Assembly: GCA_964387225.1 (NCBI GenBank)
Contig: CAYLVU010000004.1
Coordinates: forward strand, 233-64,232
Source: an uncultured Clostridia bacterium
GTDB lineage: Bacteria; Bacillota; Clostridia; Christensenellales; Borkfalkiaceae
Direction of reading: 5' to 3'
DNA length: 64,000 nucleotides
This document shows positions 44,545 through 54,834 of this stretch, piece after piece (within the stretch, counting starts at the first letter, position 1; the number at the start of each line of letters is the position of its first letter). Position numbers and translations under genes: made by a program. The notes beneath the pieces were generated by a model, which worked only from the letters and a program-made list of their open reading frames with translations, was not told the origin of the DNA and made no database searches.

Positions 44545-46509
44545 ATGACGGAACACCGCGAATTTAAACTTCATGCGCCCTATTCCCCCACGGGCGACCA
44601 ACCGCAGGCGATCGAAAAGCTCACGCAGGGCATTTTGGACGGACTGCGCACGCAGGTGCTTGTAGGGGTCACGGGAAGCGGTAAAACCTTTACGATGGCG
44701 AACGTAATCCGAAACGTCGGACGTCCCGCCCTTGTCATTGCGCACAATAAGACGCTGGCGGCGCAGCTCTGCAATGAATTTCGGGAATTTTTCCCCGAAA
44801 ACCGCGTGGAATACTTCGTCTCTTACTACGACTATTATCAGCCGGAAAGCTATATTCCGTCTACGGATACCTATATCGAAAAGGATCTGTCGATGAACGA
44901 CGAAATCGACAAGCTCCGCAACGCGGCGACCTGTTCTCTGGGCGAACGGGACGACGTGATCGTCGTGTCCTCCGTGTCCTGTATCTACGGGCTGGGCGCG
45001 CCGGAAGAATTTTTCCGCCTCGGCGTATCGCTCCGTCCCGGGCAGGAGATGTCGCGGGACGAGTTGCTGTCCCGCCTCGTGGAGATTCATTATACGCGGA
45101 ACGACACCGATTTCAAGCGCTCGACCTTCCGCGTAAGGGGGGACGTCGTGGAAGTGTTTCCCGCCTCCAATTCGGAAGTCGCGATCCGCGTCGAATTTTT
45201 CGGCGACGAAATCGAGGCGCTCAGCGAGGAGGACGGGGCGACGGGGAAGATCGTCTCGTCTTTAAAGCACGCCGTCGTCTTTCCCGCCAGCCACTATGCG
45301 GTGGGCAGCGAAAAACTTTCGTCCGCGCTCTCCGCGATCGCGCAGGATCTCGAAGGGGAGGTCAAGGCGTTCGAGGACGCGGGAAAGCTGCTCGAAGCGC
45401 AGCGCCTCCGTCAGCGCACCGAGCACGATCTGGAAATGCTGCGGGAGATCGGATACTGTTCGGGAGTGGAAAACTATTCCCGCTATTTCGACGGCAGAAG
45501 TCCGGGACAGCCCTCCTTCACGCTGCTCGACTATTTTCCGAAGAACTTCCTCGTCTTTATCGACGAAAGTCATATGACGATTCCCCAAATACGCGCCATG
45601 TACAACGGCGACCTTTCCCGTAAGACCAATCTCGTGGATTACGGGTTCCGTATGCGTTCCGCCTATGACAACCGCCCGCTCACGTTCGAAGAGTTCGACG
45701 CGCGCGTGCCCCAGCTCGTCTGCGTTTCGGCGACGCCCGCGCCATACGAGCTTCAGCAGGCGGGGCAGATCGTCGAACAGCTCATCCGTCCCACGGGACT
45801 GCTCGATCCGCCCGTGGAGGTGCGCCCCACCAAGGGACAAATCGACGACCTTCTCTCCGAGGTGAACACCGTCGTGAAGGGCGGGGGACGGGTGCTGGTG
45901 ACTACGCTCACCAAGCGCATGGCGGAATCGCTCACCGAATACATGAAGGAGAGCGGGGTAAAGGTCAAGTATATGCACTCCGACGTGGATACGTTGGAGC
46001 GCGTGGAGATCGTGAACGGGCTGCGCGCGGGAGAGTTCGACGTTCTTTGCGGCATCAATTTGCTGCGGGAAGGGCTCGACCTGCCCGAAGTCAAGCTCGT
46101 CGCCATTCTCGACGCGGACAAAGAGGGCTTTTTGCGGAGCGAAACCGCTCTCGTTCAGACGATCGGGCGCGCCGCGCGAAACGCCGAAGGGCGGGTCGTC
46201 ATGTATGCGGACGAAATAACGGGCAGCATGGAGCGGGCAATCGGCGAGACCGAGCGCCGACGCAGCATACAGGACGCATACAACAAGGCGCACGGAATCG
46301 TGCCCAGGACGATCGTCAAAGAGGTGAAATCCACCCTGCAAATCACGGGAAAGGCGGGAAAAACGGGAGAGATCTCCCGAAAAGATATTCCCGACGAGAT
46401 AGAAAAGTTGAAGGCGCTCATGAAGGTCGCTTCCGCGCAGCTCGATTTCGAACGCGCGATCGAGCTTCGGGAAGCGATTGCGGAGCTGCGCAGGAGGCTG
46501 CGGCAATGA
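44545..46509 (+). CDS. uvrB: excinuclease ABC subunit B
   Basis: Start set at ATG 44545 ([23 protein letters not shown]). Walker A GVTGSGKT and a C-terminal UVR domain. Confidence 0.95.
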   Translation: MTEHREFKLHAPYSPTGDQPQAIEKLTQGILDGLRTQVLVGVTGSGKTFTMANVIRNVGRPALVIAHNKTLAAQLCNEFREFFPENRVEYFVSYYDYYQPESYIPSTDTYIEKDLSMNDEIDKLRNAATCSLGERDDVIVVSSVSCIYGLGAPEEFFRLGVSLRPGQEMSRDELLSRLVEIHYTRNDTDFKRSTFRVRGDVVEVFPASNSEVAIRVEFFGDEIEALSEEDGATGKIVSSLKHAVVFPASHYAVGSEKLSSALSAIAQDLEGEVKAFEDAGKLLEAQRLRQRTEHDLEMLREIGYCSGVENYSRYFDGRSPGQPSFTLLDYFPKNFLVFIDESHMTIPQIRAMYNGDLSRKTNLVDYGFRMRSAYDNRPLTFEEFDARVPQLVCVSATPAPYELQQAGQIVEQLIRPTGLLDPPVEVRPTKGQIDDLLSEVNTVVKGGGRVLVTTLTKRMAESLTEYMKESGVKVKYMHSDVDTLERVEIVNGLRAGEFDVLCGINLLREGLDLPEVKLVAILDADKEGFLRSETALVQTIGRAARNAEGRVVMYADEITGSMERAIGETERRRSIQDAYNKAHGIVPRTIVKEVKSTLQITGKAGKTGEISRKDIPDEIEKLKALMKVASAQLDFERAIELREAIAELRRRLRQ

Positions 46510-46558
46510 ACGGAAACGAGCGGAAATTCGTCGGAAAAAGGTCAGTCGGAGAAAGGGT

Positions 46559-47143
46559 ATGAAAATCGCAGTCGATATTGACGATACTTTAAACATTGTG
46601 GAGCGCGCGGCGCGCGCGGGCGCGTATATCGCGCGCAACAATCTTCCCTTTCGGCTTGTGGACGAAAATTCGAATATGTTCGTCAAAGTCTTTGACTGGG
46701 AGATAGGAGACGTTCTCAAATTTATCCGCGACGGCGGTATTTCCGCGTTCACGGAGGCGGAAGCGCGCAAGGGCGCGCGGGAAGCGCTCGAGAGCTGGCG
46801 GCGGGCGGGGGACGAAATCGTAATTCTCACTTCGCGCCGAAAAGAGTGGTTCGGCAATCCCGTCAACCTGTCGCGCGACTGGCTGGAAAAGCGGAAAATT
46901 CCCTACGACGAAATCGTTGCCGAAACGGAGAACAAGGGAGAATACTGCGTTGCGCACGGAATCGCCGTGCTTGTGGACGACAACATAGACACCTGTCTCC
47001 GCGCCCAGGAGCTGGGCGTAAACGCCGTCCTCGCCGTGGGCAAACACAACCTCGCGCGGGCGCGCGAGATCTCGTACGGAGGAGCCAACTGGAAACAGAT
47101 CGACGCGGCGGTGCGCTATATCCGTTCGTTCGAAGAAGACTGA
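46559..47143 (+). CDS. HAD-superfamily hydrolase, 5'(3')-deoxyribonucleotidase-like
   Basis: Start at ATG 46559. DxDxT motif (VDIDDTL) and DD motif (VLVDDN). Confidence 0.6.
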   Translation: MKIAVDIDDTLNIVERAARAGAYIARNNLPFRLVDENSNMFVKVFDWEIGDVLKFIRDGGISAFTEAEARKGAREALESWRRAGDEIVILTSRRKEWFGNPVNLSRDWLEKRKIPYDEIVAETENKGEYCVAHGIAVLVDDNIDTCLRAQELGVNAVLAVGKHNLARAREISYGGANWKQIDAAVRYIRSFEED

Positions 47144-47144
47144 T

Positions 47145-49958
47145 ATGAAAGAAGAGATTTTCGTCAAAGGCGCAAAAGAAAACAATCTGAAAAACGTCAG
47201 CGTGCGGATTCCCCGCAACACGCTTACGGTCTTTACGGGGCTTTCCGGCTCGGGAAAATCGACGCTCGCATTCGACACCATCTTTGCGGAGGGGCAGCGC
47301 CGATATATGGAGAGCCTCTCTTCCTATGCGCGGCAATTCCTCGGCATGATGGAAAAGCCGAACGTCGAGAGCATCGACGGGCTTTCGCCCGCCATCTCCA
47401 TCGACCAGAAGACGACCTCGCACAACCCCCGCTCCACGGTGGGTACGGTCACGGAGATCTACGACTATCTCCGTCTGCTCTTCGCGCGCGTGGGCACGCC
47501 GCACTGTCCCGTGTGCGGAAGGGAGATCCGCCGCCAGACGGTGGACGAGATCGCCGATCGGGTCATGGAAATGCCGCAGGGCAGCAAAATTCTGATCAAT
47601 GCACCCGTCGTGCGCGGCAGAAAGGGCGAATACGCCAAGGAGCTCGCGCTTTGGCGGAAGAGCGGCTATGCGCGCGTAAAAATCGACGGCATCGTCTATG
47701 ATTTGCAGGAAGAGATCAAGCTTGAAAAGAATCTCAAACACAATATATCCGTCGTCATAGACCGTCTCGTGGTGAAGGACGGCATTTTGAAGCGGCTTAC
47801 GGAGAGTCTGGAAATGGCGCTGAAACTGGCGGACGGGCTCGTTGTCGTTGACAGCGAAGGGGAGGAGACGCTCTATTCCTCCCGCTATGCCTGTCCCGAC
47901 TGCGGCGTTTCGATCGAGGAGATCGAGCCCCGCCTCTTCTCCTTTAACACGGTGTGGGGCGCCTGTCCCGAATGTTCGGGACTCGGATTCAAACAATCCG
48001 TCGATCCCGATCTCATCTGTCCCGACAAGACGAAGACGATCCGCGAAGGGGCGATCCATGCGGGCGGCTGGATGCTCGATTCGAACGCGACCAATTTGAT
48101 GTATGTCACCGCGCTCGCAAAGCACTACGGTTTTTCGATCGACGTTCCCGTAAAGGACCTTCCCGAGCGCGCCTACGACATTATTATGTACGGAAACGGC
48201 GGCGAGGAGATCAATCTCGATTACAGTACCCGCTCCTTTTCGGGCAGATACAAGATGAAGTGGGAGGGGTTCGTCAACAACCTCGAACGCCGCTATAAGA
48301 ACACGTCTTCGGACGGGGTGAAGTGGGATATCGAACGCTATATGCGCACGAGCGACTGCCCCGTGTGCCGCGGGAAGCGCCTCAAAAAAGAGGCGCTCGC
48401 AGTCACGGTGGGGGGCAAGAATATCGCCGAAGTGTGCGATTTGCCCGTGCGCCGTCTCGGCGACTTTTCCTCGTCGCTCAAGCTCACTTCTTCGCAGCAT
48501 GCGATCGCGGATATCATTCTCAAAGAGATCGTAAGCCGCGTCAACTTTTTGACGGGAGTGGGGCTCGACTATCTGACCCTTTCCCGCAGCGCCGCCACCC
48601 TGTCGGGCGGGGAGAGCCAGCGTATCCGTCTTGCGACGCAGATCGGAAGCGCGCTCTCCGGCGTGCTGTATATCCTTGACGAGCCGAGCATCGGGCTCCA
48701 CCAGCGGGACAACGAAAAGCTGCTTGCCTCCCTGAAAGGGCTGCGCGATCTGGGCAACACCCTCATCGTCGTCGAACACGACGAGGACACCATTCGCGCC
48801 GCGGACTACATCGTGGACGTGGGTCCCATGGCGGGGGTACACGGCGGAGAGATCGTTGCGAGCGGCACGCAGGAAGATATTATGGGCGAGCCCCGTTCGA
48901 TCACGGGGGACTATCTCGCGGGGCGGCGGAAGATCGAGGTCCCCGCAGCGAGAAAGGCGCCTGACGGACGGTTTTTACGGATTGAAGACTGCCGCCAGAA
49001 CAATCTGAAAGGGTTTACCGCAGAAATTCCCGCGGGGCTTATCACGGCGGTGACGGGCGTGAGCGGTTCGGGAAAATCTTCTCTCGTCAATGAAACGATT
49101 CTGCCCATTCTGGCGGGCGCGCTCAACCGCGCGCACCTGCCCGCGGGGAAGAGCGGAAAAGCCGAAGGCGTGGAATATTTCGACAAGGTGATCGCCATCG
49201 ATCAGTCCCCCATAGGCAGAACGCCCCGTTCCAATCCCGCCACTTATACGGGAGTGTTCACCCCGATACGCGAGCTGTTCGCCGCCACGGCGGACGCCAA
49301 GACGATGGGTTTCAAGAGCGGTCGGTTTTCCTTCAACGTCGCGGGAGGCAGGTGCGAAAACTGCGAGGGCGACGGCATCATGAAGATCGAAATGCACTTC
49401 CTGCCCGACGTATACGTTCCCTGCGAGGTGTGCGGCGGAAAGAGGTACAACCGCGAGACGCTGGAAGTCAGGTACAAGGGCAAAAGCATCGCCGACGTGC
49501 TCGACATGACGGTGGAGGAGGCGTGCGCGTTTTTTAAGCCCGTCCCCTCGATTTACAACAAGATCAGGACGCTCGAAGAGGTGGGACTCGGCTATATCAA
49601 GCTCGGACAGAGCTCGACGACCCTTTCGGGCGGCGAAGCGCAGCGGGTGAAGCTTGCCGCCGAGCTTTCGAAGCGCTCCACGGGGAAGACGTTTTACATT
49701 CTCGACGAGCCCACGACGGGGCTTCACAGCTACGACGTGGACAAGCTCGTGAAAATTTTGCAGCGTCTGCGCGCGAACGGAAACACCGTGCTCGTCATCG
49801 AGCATAATTTAGACGTGATCAAGACGGCGGACTGGATTCTCGATCTCGGTCCGGAGGGCGGGGACGGCGGCGGCGAAATCGTCTGCTGCGGCACCCCCGA
49901 AGAGGTCGCGCGCGTGCCCGAAAGTTACACGGGGCAGTTCTTGAAAAAAATACTGTAA
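47145..49958 (+). CDS. uvrA: excinuclease ABC subunit A
   Basis: 937 aa, with two ABC ATPase modules (GLSGSGKST and GVSGSGKSS), zinc-finger CxxC pairs and LSGGE signatures. Confidence 0.97.
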   Translation: MKEEIFVKGAKENNLKNVSVRIPRNTLTVFTGLSGSGKSTLAFDTIFAEGQRRYMESLSSYARQFLGMMEKPNVESIDGLSPAISIDQKTTSHNPRSTVGTVTEIYDYLRLLFARVGTPHCPVCGREIRRQTVDEIADRVMEMPQGSKILINAPVVRGRKGEYAKELALWRKSGYARVKIDGIVYDLQEEIKLEKNLKHNISVVIDRLVVKDGILKRLTESLEMALKLADGLVVVDSEGEETLYSSRYACPDCGVSIEEIEPRLFSFNTVWGACPECSGLGFKQSVDPDLICPDKTKTIREGAIHAGGWMLDSNATNLMYVTALAKHYGFSIDVPVKDLPERAYDIIMYGNGGEEINLDYSTRSFSGRYKMKWEGFVNNLERRYKNTSSDGVKWDIERYMRTSDCPVCRGKRLKKEALAVTVGGKNIAEVCDLPVRRLGDFSSSLKLTSSQHAIADIILKEIVSRVNFLTGVGLDYLTLSRSAATLSGGESQRIRLATQIGSALSGVLYILDEPSIGLHQRDNEKLLASLKGLRDLGNTLIVVEHDEDTIRAADYIVDVGPMAGVHGGEIVASGTQEDIMGEPRSITGDYLAGRRKIEVPAARKAPDGRFLRIEDCRQNNLKGFTAEIPAGLITAVTGVSGSGKSSLVNETILPILAGALNRAHLPAGKSGKAEGVEYFDKVIAIDQSPIGRTPRSNPATYTGVFTPIRELFAATADAKTMGFKSGRFSFNVAGGRCENCEGDGIMKIEMHFLPDVYVPCEVCGGKRYNRETLEVRYKGKSIADVLDMTVEEACAFFKPVPSIYNKIRTLEEVGLGYIKLGQSSTTLSGGEAQRVKLAAELSKRSTGKTFYILDEPTTGLHSYDVDKLVKILQRLRANGNTVLVIEHNLDVIKTADWILDLGPEGGDGGGEIVCCGTPEEVARVPESYTGQFLKKIL

Positions 49959-49965
49959 GGTCGGC

Positions 49966-50265
49966 ATGAACGAAACGTTTTTCCAAAACAGAATACCGTC
50001 CGCCGAAAAGCTGCTTGCCTTCGGCTTTTCGCAAGAGGAGGGAGGGTACGCGTACGGCACGCCCGTCTGCGACGGCGCGGTTGAGATTCTCGATCTCCGC
50101 GCGGCGGCGGAGAAGCGTCCTTCCGTGATCGACGGAAAGCGCTTTTTTGCCGGCTATCACATGAATAAAAAACATTGGGTCACGGCGCTGCTCGACGGCT
50201 CGGTACCGTCGGAAGAGCTGTACCGTCTCATCGACGAAAGCTATCTGCTGGCGGCGAAAAAATAA
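49966..50265 (+). CDS. MmcQ/YjbR-family-like protein, short or atypical (99 aa)
   Basis: The C-terminal GYHMNKKHWVTALLDGSVPSEELYRLIDESY matches the YjbR signature. The N-terminal half is atypical. Confidence 0.5.
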   Translation: MNETFFQNRIPSAEKLLAFGFSQEEGGYAYGTPVCDGAVEILDLRAAAEKRPSVIDGKRFFAGYHMNKKHWVTALLDGSVPSEELYRLIDESYLLAAKK

Positions 50266-50276
50266 AGGAGGGGATT

Positions 50277-51461
50277 ATGTTTAATCAGACCATGCAAAAA
50301 CTCGGCGAAGAGCGGTCGGTGATCCGCGAGATTTTCGAATACGGGAACGCCCGCGCGCGGGAAATCGGACGGGAGAACGTGTTCGATTATTCTCTCGGGA
50401 ATCCCAGCGTTCCCGCGCCCGACTGCGTGCGGGAGGAGATCGGACGGCTCCTTTCGGAAGTCCCCGCACAGTCTCTGCACGGTTATACCTCCGCGGCGGG
50501 CGCGCCCGACGTGCGCGAGGCGGTCGCCGCCTACATAAGAGAGAGGTTCGGCATACCCATGACGGCGGAGCTCGTATATATGACGTGCGGAGCGGCGGCT
50601 TCGCTTACGATCACCTTGAACGCGCTTTGCGAGGAGGGAGACGAATTTGCGGTCGTCGCTCCCTATTTTCCCGAATACCGCGTCTTTATCGAGCGCGCGG
50701 GGGGAAGGTGCGTGGCGGTGCGCTCGGACGAACGGTTCCGTCTCGACATTGCGGCGCTCGATCGGGCAATCGGGAAACGGACGAAAGCCGTTCTTCTCAA
50801 TTCGCCCAACAACCCTACGGGCGCGGTCTACGGCGAGGAGGAGCTGAAAGCGCTCTCCGCGCTCCTCAGGCGGAAGAGCGCGGAGAAGGGCGCGCCCGTG
50901 TTTCTGCTGTCGGACGAGCCCTACCGCGAACTCACTTACGGCGCGGCGGTGCCCTACATGGCGTGCCTGTATGAAAACACGGTGACCTGCTACTCCTTTT
51001 CCAAGTCGCTCTCTCTTGCGGGCGAACGCATCGGATATATCGCGGTCTCTCCCGCGTGCACGGGCGCGGAAGCGCTGTTTGCCGCCGTCTGCGGGGCGGG
51101 CAGAAGTCTCGGATATGTGTGCGCACCCGCCCTCTTCCAGCGGGTTGCCGCCAAGTGCATCGGAAAATCGAGCGATATCGGCAAGTACCGCGAAAACCGC
51201 GATTTGCTTGCGGGCGCGCTCAGGGAATACGGGTTCTCCTTTGCCGAGCCCGACGGCGCCTTTTATCTCTTTATGAAATCTCCCGAAGCGGACGCAAAGG
51301 CGTTTTGCGAACGCGCGAAAAAGTACGAGCTATTGCTCGTTCCATCGGACAGTTTCGGAACGGAGGGCTATGTGCGTCTCTCCTATTGCGTGTCGCGCGA
51401 GATGATTGTGCGCAGCCTTCCCTCATTCCGTGCGCTCGCAGAGGAGTACTCCCTCCTTTGA
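50277..51461 (+). CDS. class I/II pyridoxal-phosphate-dependent aminotransferase (AspC family)
   Basis: Start at ATG 50277 after RBS AAAGGAGG. Motifs include LGNPS, NSPNNPTG and YSFSKSLSLAGERIGY (PLP lysine). Confidence 0.85.
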   Translation: MFNQTMQKLGEERSVIREIFEYGNARAREIGRENVFDYSLGNPSVPAPDCVREEIGRLLSEVPAQSLHGYTSAAGAPDVREAVAAYIRERFGIPMTAELVYMTCGAAASLTITLNALCEEGDEFAVVAPYFPEYRVFIERAGGRCVAVRSDERFRLDIAALDRAIGKRTKAVLLNSPNNPTGAVYGEEELKALSALLRRKSAEKGAPVFLLSDEPYRELTYGAAVPYMACLYENTVTCYSFSKSLSLAGERIGYIAVSPACTGAEALFAAVCGAGRSLGYVCAPALFQRVAAKCIGKSSDIGKYRENRDLLAGALREYGFSFAEPDGAFYLFMKSPEADAKAFCERAKKYELLLVPSDSFGTEGYVRLSYCVSREMIVRSLPSFRALAEEYSLL

Positions 51462-51493
51462 CGGCTTCTGCCCGAACGCGTTCAAGTCCTTCC

Positions 51494-51522
51494 GCATAAA
51501 AACCGACAGCCTCCGCATAATG
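51494..51522 (+). promoter_or_regulatory. forespore sigma-G/sigma-F-type promoter candidate upstream of spoVT
   Basis: GCATA (51494-51498), 17 nt, CATAATG (51516-51522), compared with the B. subtilis consensus GHATR-N17/18-CATXHTA. spoVT is sigma-G dependent in B. subtilis. Confidence 0.4.
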
Positions 51523-51543
51523 ACAGTATACGGAGGTTTTTCT

Positions 51544-52089
51544 ATGAAGGCAACTGGAATCGTGCGGAGGATCGACGAACTCGGCAGAGTGGTCATTCCC
51601 AAAGAAATAAGACGGACGCTCAGAATACGGGAAGGGGACCCGCTCGAACTCTTTACCGACCGCGACGAGCTCATGCTCAAAAAGTATTCGCCCATCGCTT
51701 CGATCGGGCGGTTTGCGGAGGGGACCGCCAAATCCCTCAACGAGCAAAGCGGCTATCTTGCCGTAATCTGCGATACGGACGCCGTTCTGTCCGCAAGCGG
51801 ACAGGGGAAACGGGGGCTTGCGGGGAAGCGCGTTTCCGATAAGATGACGGAAATCATGACCGCGCGCAGAAGCTTTCTCGCGTGCAAGGCGGATGGCGGG
51901 GACGTGGTTCCCGTCTCCGGGGAGGAGGAAACGGGCGCATCGGCGCAGGTGATCGTTCCCGTCGTCGCCGGCGGCGACTGCCTCGGCGCGGTCGTTTTGC
52001 TGAGCTACGAAGAGGGGGCGATTATGGAAGCCTCGGCGGTCAAGCTCGCAAGGCTCACGGCGGATATCATCGCCAACCAGTTCGAATGA
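51544..52089 (+). CDS. spoVT: stage V sporulation protein T (AbrB-family regulator with GAF-like C-domain)
   Basis: N-terminus MKATGIVRRIDELGRVVIPKEIRRTLRIREGDPLE (SpoVT/AbrB swapped-hairpin). Length is 181 aa. Confidence 0.9.
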   Translation: MKATGIVRRIDELGRVVIPKEIRRTLRIREGDPLELFTDRDELMLKKYSPIASIGRFAEGTAKSLNEQSGYLAVICDTDAVLSASGQGKRGLAGKRVSDKMTEIMTARRSFLACKADGGDVVPVSGEEETGASAQVIVPVVAGGDCLGAVVLLSYEEGAIMEASAVKLARLTADIIANQFE

Positions 52090-52112
52090 CGGGGGAATTT
52101 CCCCCTACATAA

Positions 52113-53570
52113 ATGAAAGACAGGACTTTTTTCAAGAGCGCGGCGGTTATTTCTCTGGGCGGTCTCTTCGCCAAGGGAATCGGCGCGATTTACCGTATTC
52201 CGCTCACTTCCTATCTGGGAAGCTACGGAATGGGGCTGTATCAGATGGCGTATCCGCTCTTTCTGGTGCTTCTCACCTTTTCGTCGGCGGGGATTCCGTC
52301 GGCGTTTTCCCGCATCATCGCGCGCGAAACGGCGCTGGGCAGAGAGAACGGGAGCACGGCGAAGACCGCGTTAAAGCTGTTCGCGCTGCTCGGACTGTGC
52401 GGGACGGCGCTCATGTGCCTGTTTGCGCCGTATATGAGCGGGCTTCAGGGGGAGGAGAGGCTTCTGCCCTGTTATTTTGCGCTCTCGCCCTCCGTCTTTT
52501 TCGTTTCCCTCATCGCCGTGCTGCGCGGCTATTTTCAGGGAAAGAGCAATATGTTTCCCACGGCGGCTTCGGAGGCGGTCGAGCAGGTCGTAAAATCCGT
52601 TCTCGGATTGTTTTTCGCGCACCGTTTTGCCGCCGAGCCCGCGCAGGCGGTCGCCTTTACTCTTTTGGCGGTCTCCCTCTCCGAGCTCGCCGCCTTTCTC
52701 TATCTGATCGCGCGCTACCGCCGTGAGCCCAAGACGAAATGTATGCGCGTGCTCCGCGCCTCCGGATACGATCTTCTGTCCGCCGCCCTTCCCGTCATGG
52801 CGTCCTCCGCGCTCTTGCCCCTCTCGCAGACGCTTGACAGCATTATCGTCGTGCGTCTCCTCGGGGCGTATTCGGAGCGCGCCGTTGCGCTCTACGGTCT
52901 GTTTGCGGGCGGGGCGGTCTCCCTGGTCTCCCTTCCCGCCTCTCTCTCGTACGGGCTTGCCGCCGCCAGCGTTCCCGCCGTCTCCTCCGCGTTCGCCTGC
53001 GGGCGGGAGGGGGAGGGAAGGCGCCGCGCCCTGTTCGCCCTCCTTCTTACGCTTGCGTTATCGCTGCCCCTCTCGGCGGCGCTCTTCTTCTTCGCCCGTC
53101 CCGTCGCGGGGGCGCTCTATCCCTCCCTTTCGGCGGGCGACGGAGAGCTCCTGATTCGTCTCGTGCGCCTGAGCGCGGGTTCTGCGGCGGCGCTCGCCTC
53201 CGTCGATACGCTCGCGGCCTGTCTTGCGGGCATGGGACGGGCAAAATATGCGGCGGGCGGTATGCTGCTGGCGGTTTGCGTGAAATTTATTCTGCAATTC
53301 GCGCTCGTTTCCCAACCTGCCCTCTCCGTAAGCGGCGCGGCAATCGCTCAAAATATCTGCTATCCGGTTGCTTTTTTCTTCGATTTGTTTTATACTGTTA
53401 AGAAAACAGTCGGAAGGGAAAAACGTGATAACGATCGTAAGTTTGGGCACGGAGAAAGGAGAACTGACGGCGCGCGCGCTCGGGAAGCTGAAAAGCGCGG
53501 ACAAGGTGCTTGTGCGAAACGGAGGTCTCCCTTCGGCGGAAAGTTTAAGGGAAGAGAATATCCCCTTTGA
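52113..53570 (+). CDS. MOP-superfamily flippase (YabM/SpoVB/MurJ-like polysaccharide biosynthesis protein)
   Basis: About 14 TM helices. Synteny spoVT-yabM-yabN matches B. subtilis. The last roughly 50 codons overlap the next gene. Confidence 0.8.
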   Translation: MKDRTFFKSAAVISLGGLFAKGIGAIYRIPLTSYLGSYGMGLYQMAYPLFLVLLTFSSAGIPSAFSRIIARETALGRENGSTAKTALKLFALLGLCGTALMCLFAPYMSGLQGEERLLPCYFALSPSVFFVSLIAVLRGYFQGKSNMFPTAASEAVEQVVKSVLGLFFAHRFAAEPAQAVAFTLLAVSLSELAAFLYLIARYRREPKTKCMRVLRASGYDLLSAALPVMASSALLPLSQTLDSIIVVRLLGAYSERAVALYGLFAGGAVSLVSLPASLSYGLAAASVPAVSSAFACGREGEGRRRALFALLLTLALSLPLSAALFFFARPVAGALYPSLSAGDGELLIRLVRLSAGSAAALASVDTLAACLAGMGRAKYAAGGMLLAVCVKFILQFALVSQPALSVSGAAIAQNICYPVAFFFDLFYTVKKTVGREKRDNDRKFGHGERRTDGARAREAEKRGQGACAKRRSPFGGKFKGREYPL

Positions 53571-54834
53571 GGATCTGACGGAAATTTACAGGAAGAGCCG
53601 CAATTTCGACACGCTCGCCGCAAACCTTGCGCGGGAAGTCCGAAGGCGCGCAAAGGGCTGTGATCTTTGCTACTGCGTGGACGGGGGCGTGAGCGAGGAC
53701 AGGGCGGCCTCCATTCTCAGAAAGAGGGGGGACGTAGAGATTCTCGAAGGGGTCACAAAGGCGTCCAAGGCGGCGGCAAGGGCGGGACTTGCGGGCGGCT
53801 TTACCTCCGTTTCCGCCTACGATATCGCGGAGAGCAAGCTCGCTCTGCCGCTCGTGGTATACGATCTCGACGACAGAAATCTGGCGGGGGACGTCAAGCT
53901 GGCGCTTTCCGAAAGATTCGGCGACGAGGCGCCCGCCTTTTTTCTCTCGGCGGGAGAGGGGAAAGAGATTCCGCTCTACGAGGCGGACAGGCAGAAGGAA
54001 TACGGCGCAGGTACGGCGCTCGTGCTCTACGGGCAGCCGCTGCTCGAACGGAAGCGGTTCGATCTCGACGATCTACTTACGATTTTAAGAAGACTGCGCG
54101 AGCCCGACGGCTGTCCCTGGGACAGGGTTCAGACGCACGCAAGTATTCGCATCAATGCGATCGAGGAGGCGTACGAGCTTGTGGACGCGATCGATTCAAA
54201 CGACCCCGACAAAATGTGCGAAGAGGCGGGCGACGTGATCATGCAGGCGGCGTTTCATACGCTTTTGGAGGAAGAGCGGGGGAGCTTTACCATGGACGAC
54301 GTGTTGAGCGGCGTGTGCGAAAAGCTCATCACCCGTCATACCCACGTCTTCGGACAGGATACGGCGTCGGGCGCGGACGGCGCGCTCACCGTTTGGGAAA
54401 AGAATAAAATGGCGGAAAAGCATCAGGCGACGTTTTCCGACGCGGTGAACGACGTCCCCGAATGTTTTCCCGCCCTTTTGCGCGCCCAAAAGATCGCTAA
54501 GCGGGTAGAAAAAGGGGGCTGGGACGCGGCAACAATTGAAAACTGCGAGAATAAATTCCGCGAGGAGTACGGCGAGCTTATGGAGGCATATCGGGCGCAA
54601 GATAAAAAGGCGACGGCAGAGGAGCTCGGCGACGTGCTGTTCTGCGCAGCGGAGCTTTGCCGCGCGGTCGGCGTAGACGGCGAAATGGCGCTGCTCGATA
54701 CCGTTAAAAAGATTCAGCGCCGCTATACGGCGTACGAGGGGCTCGTGCGTGCGGACGGCAAGGACGTAACCGCGCTTACCGCGGAGGAGAGGAGCGCATA
54801 TTACAGACGGGCGAAAGATGATACGGGAGCTTGA
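53425..54834 (+). CDS. mazG: YabN-like bifunctional protein (SAM-methylase-like N-domain plus MazG nucleoside-triphosphate pyrophosphohydrolase)
   Basis: GTG start at 53425 after GAAGGGA (VITIVSLGTEKGELT). MazG motifs include CPWDRVQTHASIRINAIEEAYELVDAI and EELGDVLF. Confidence 0.8.
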   Translation: MITIVSLGTEKGELTARALGKLKSADKVLVRNGGLPSAESLREENIPFEDLTEIYRKSRNFDTLAANLAREVRRRAKGCDLCYCVDGGVSEDRAASILRKRGDVEILEGVTKASKAAARAGLAGGFTSVSAYDIAESKLALPLVVYDLDDRNLAGDVKLALSERFGDEAPAFFLSAGEGKEIPLYEADRQKEYGAGTALVLYGQPLLERKRFDLDDLLTILRRLREPDGCPWDRVQTHASIRINAIEEAYELVDAIDSNDPDKMCEEAGDVIMQAAFHTLLEEERGSFTMDDVLSGVCEKLITRHTHVFGQDTASGADGALTVWEKNKMAEKHQATFSDAVNDVPECFPALLRAQKIAKRVEKGGWDAATIENCENKFREEYGELMEAYRAQDKKATAEELGDVLFCAAELCRAVGVDGEMALLDTVKKIQRRYTAYEGLVRADGKDVTALTAEERSAYYRRAKDDTGA

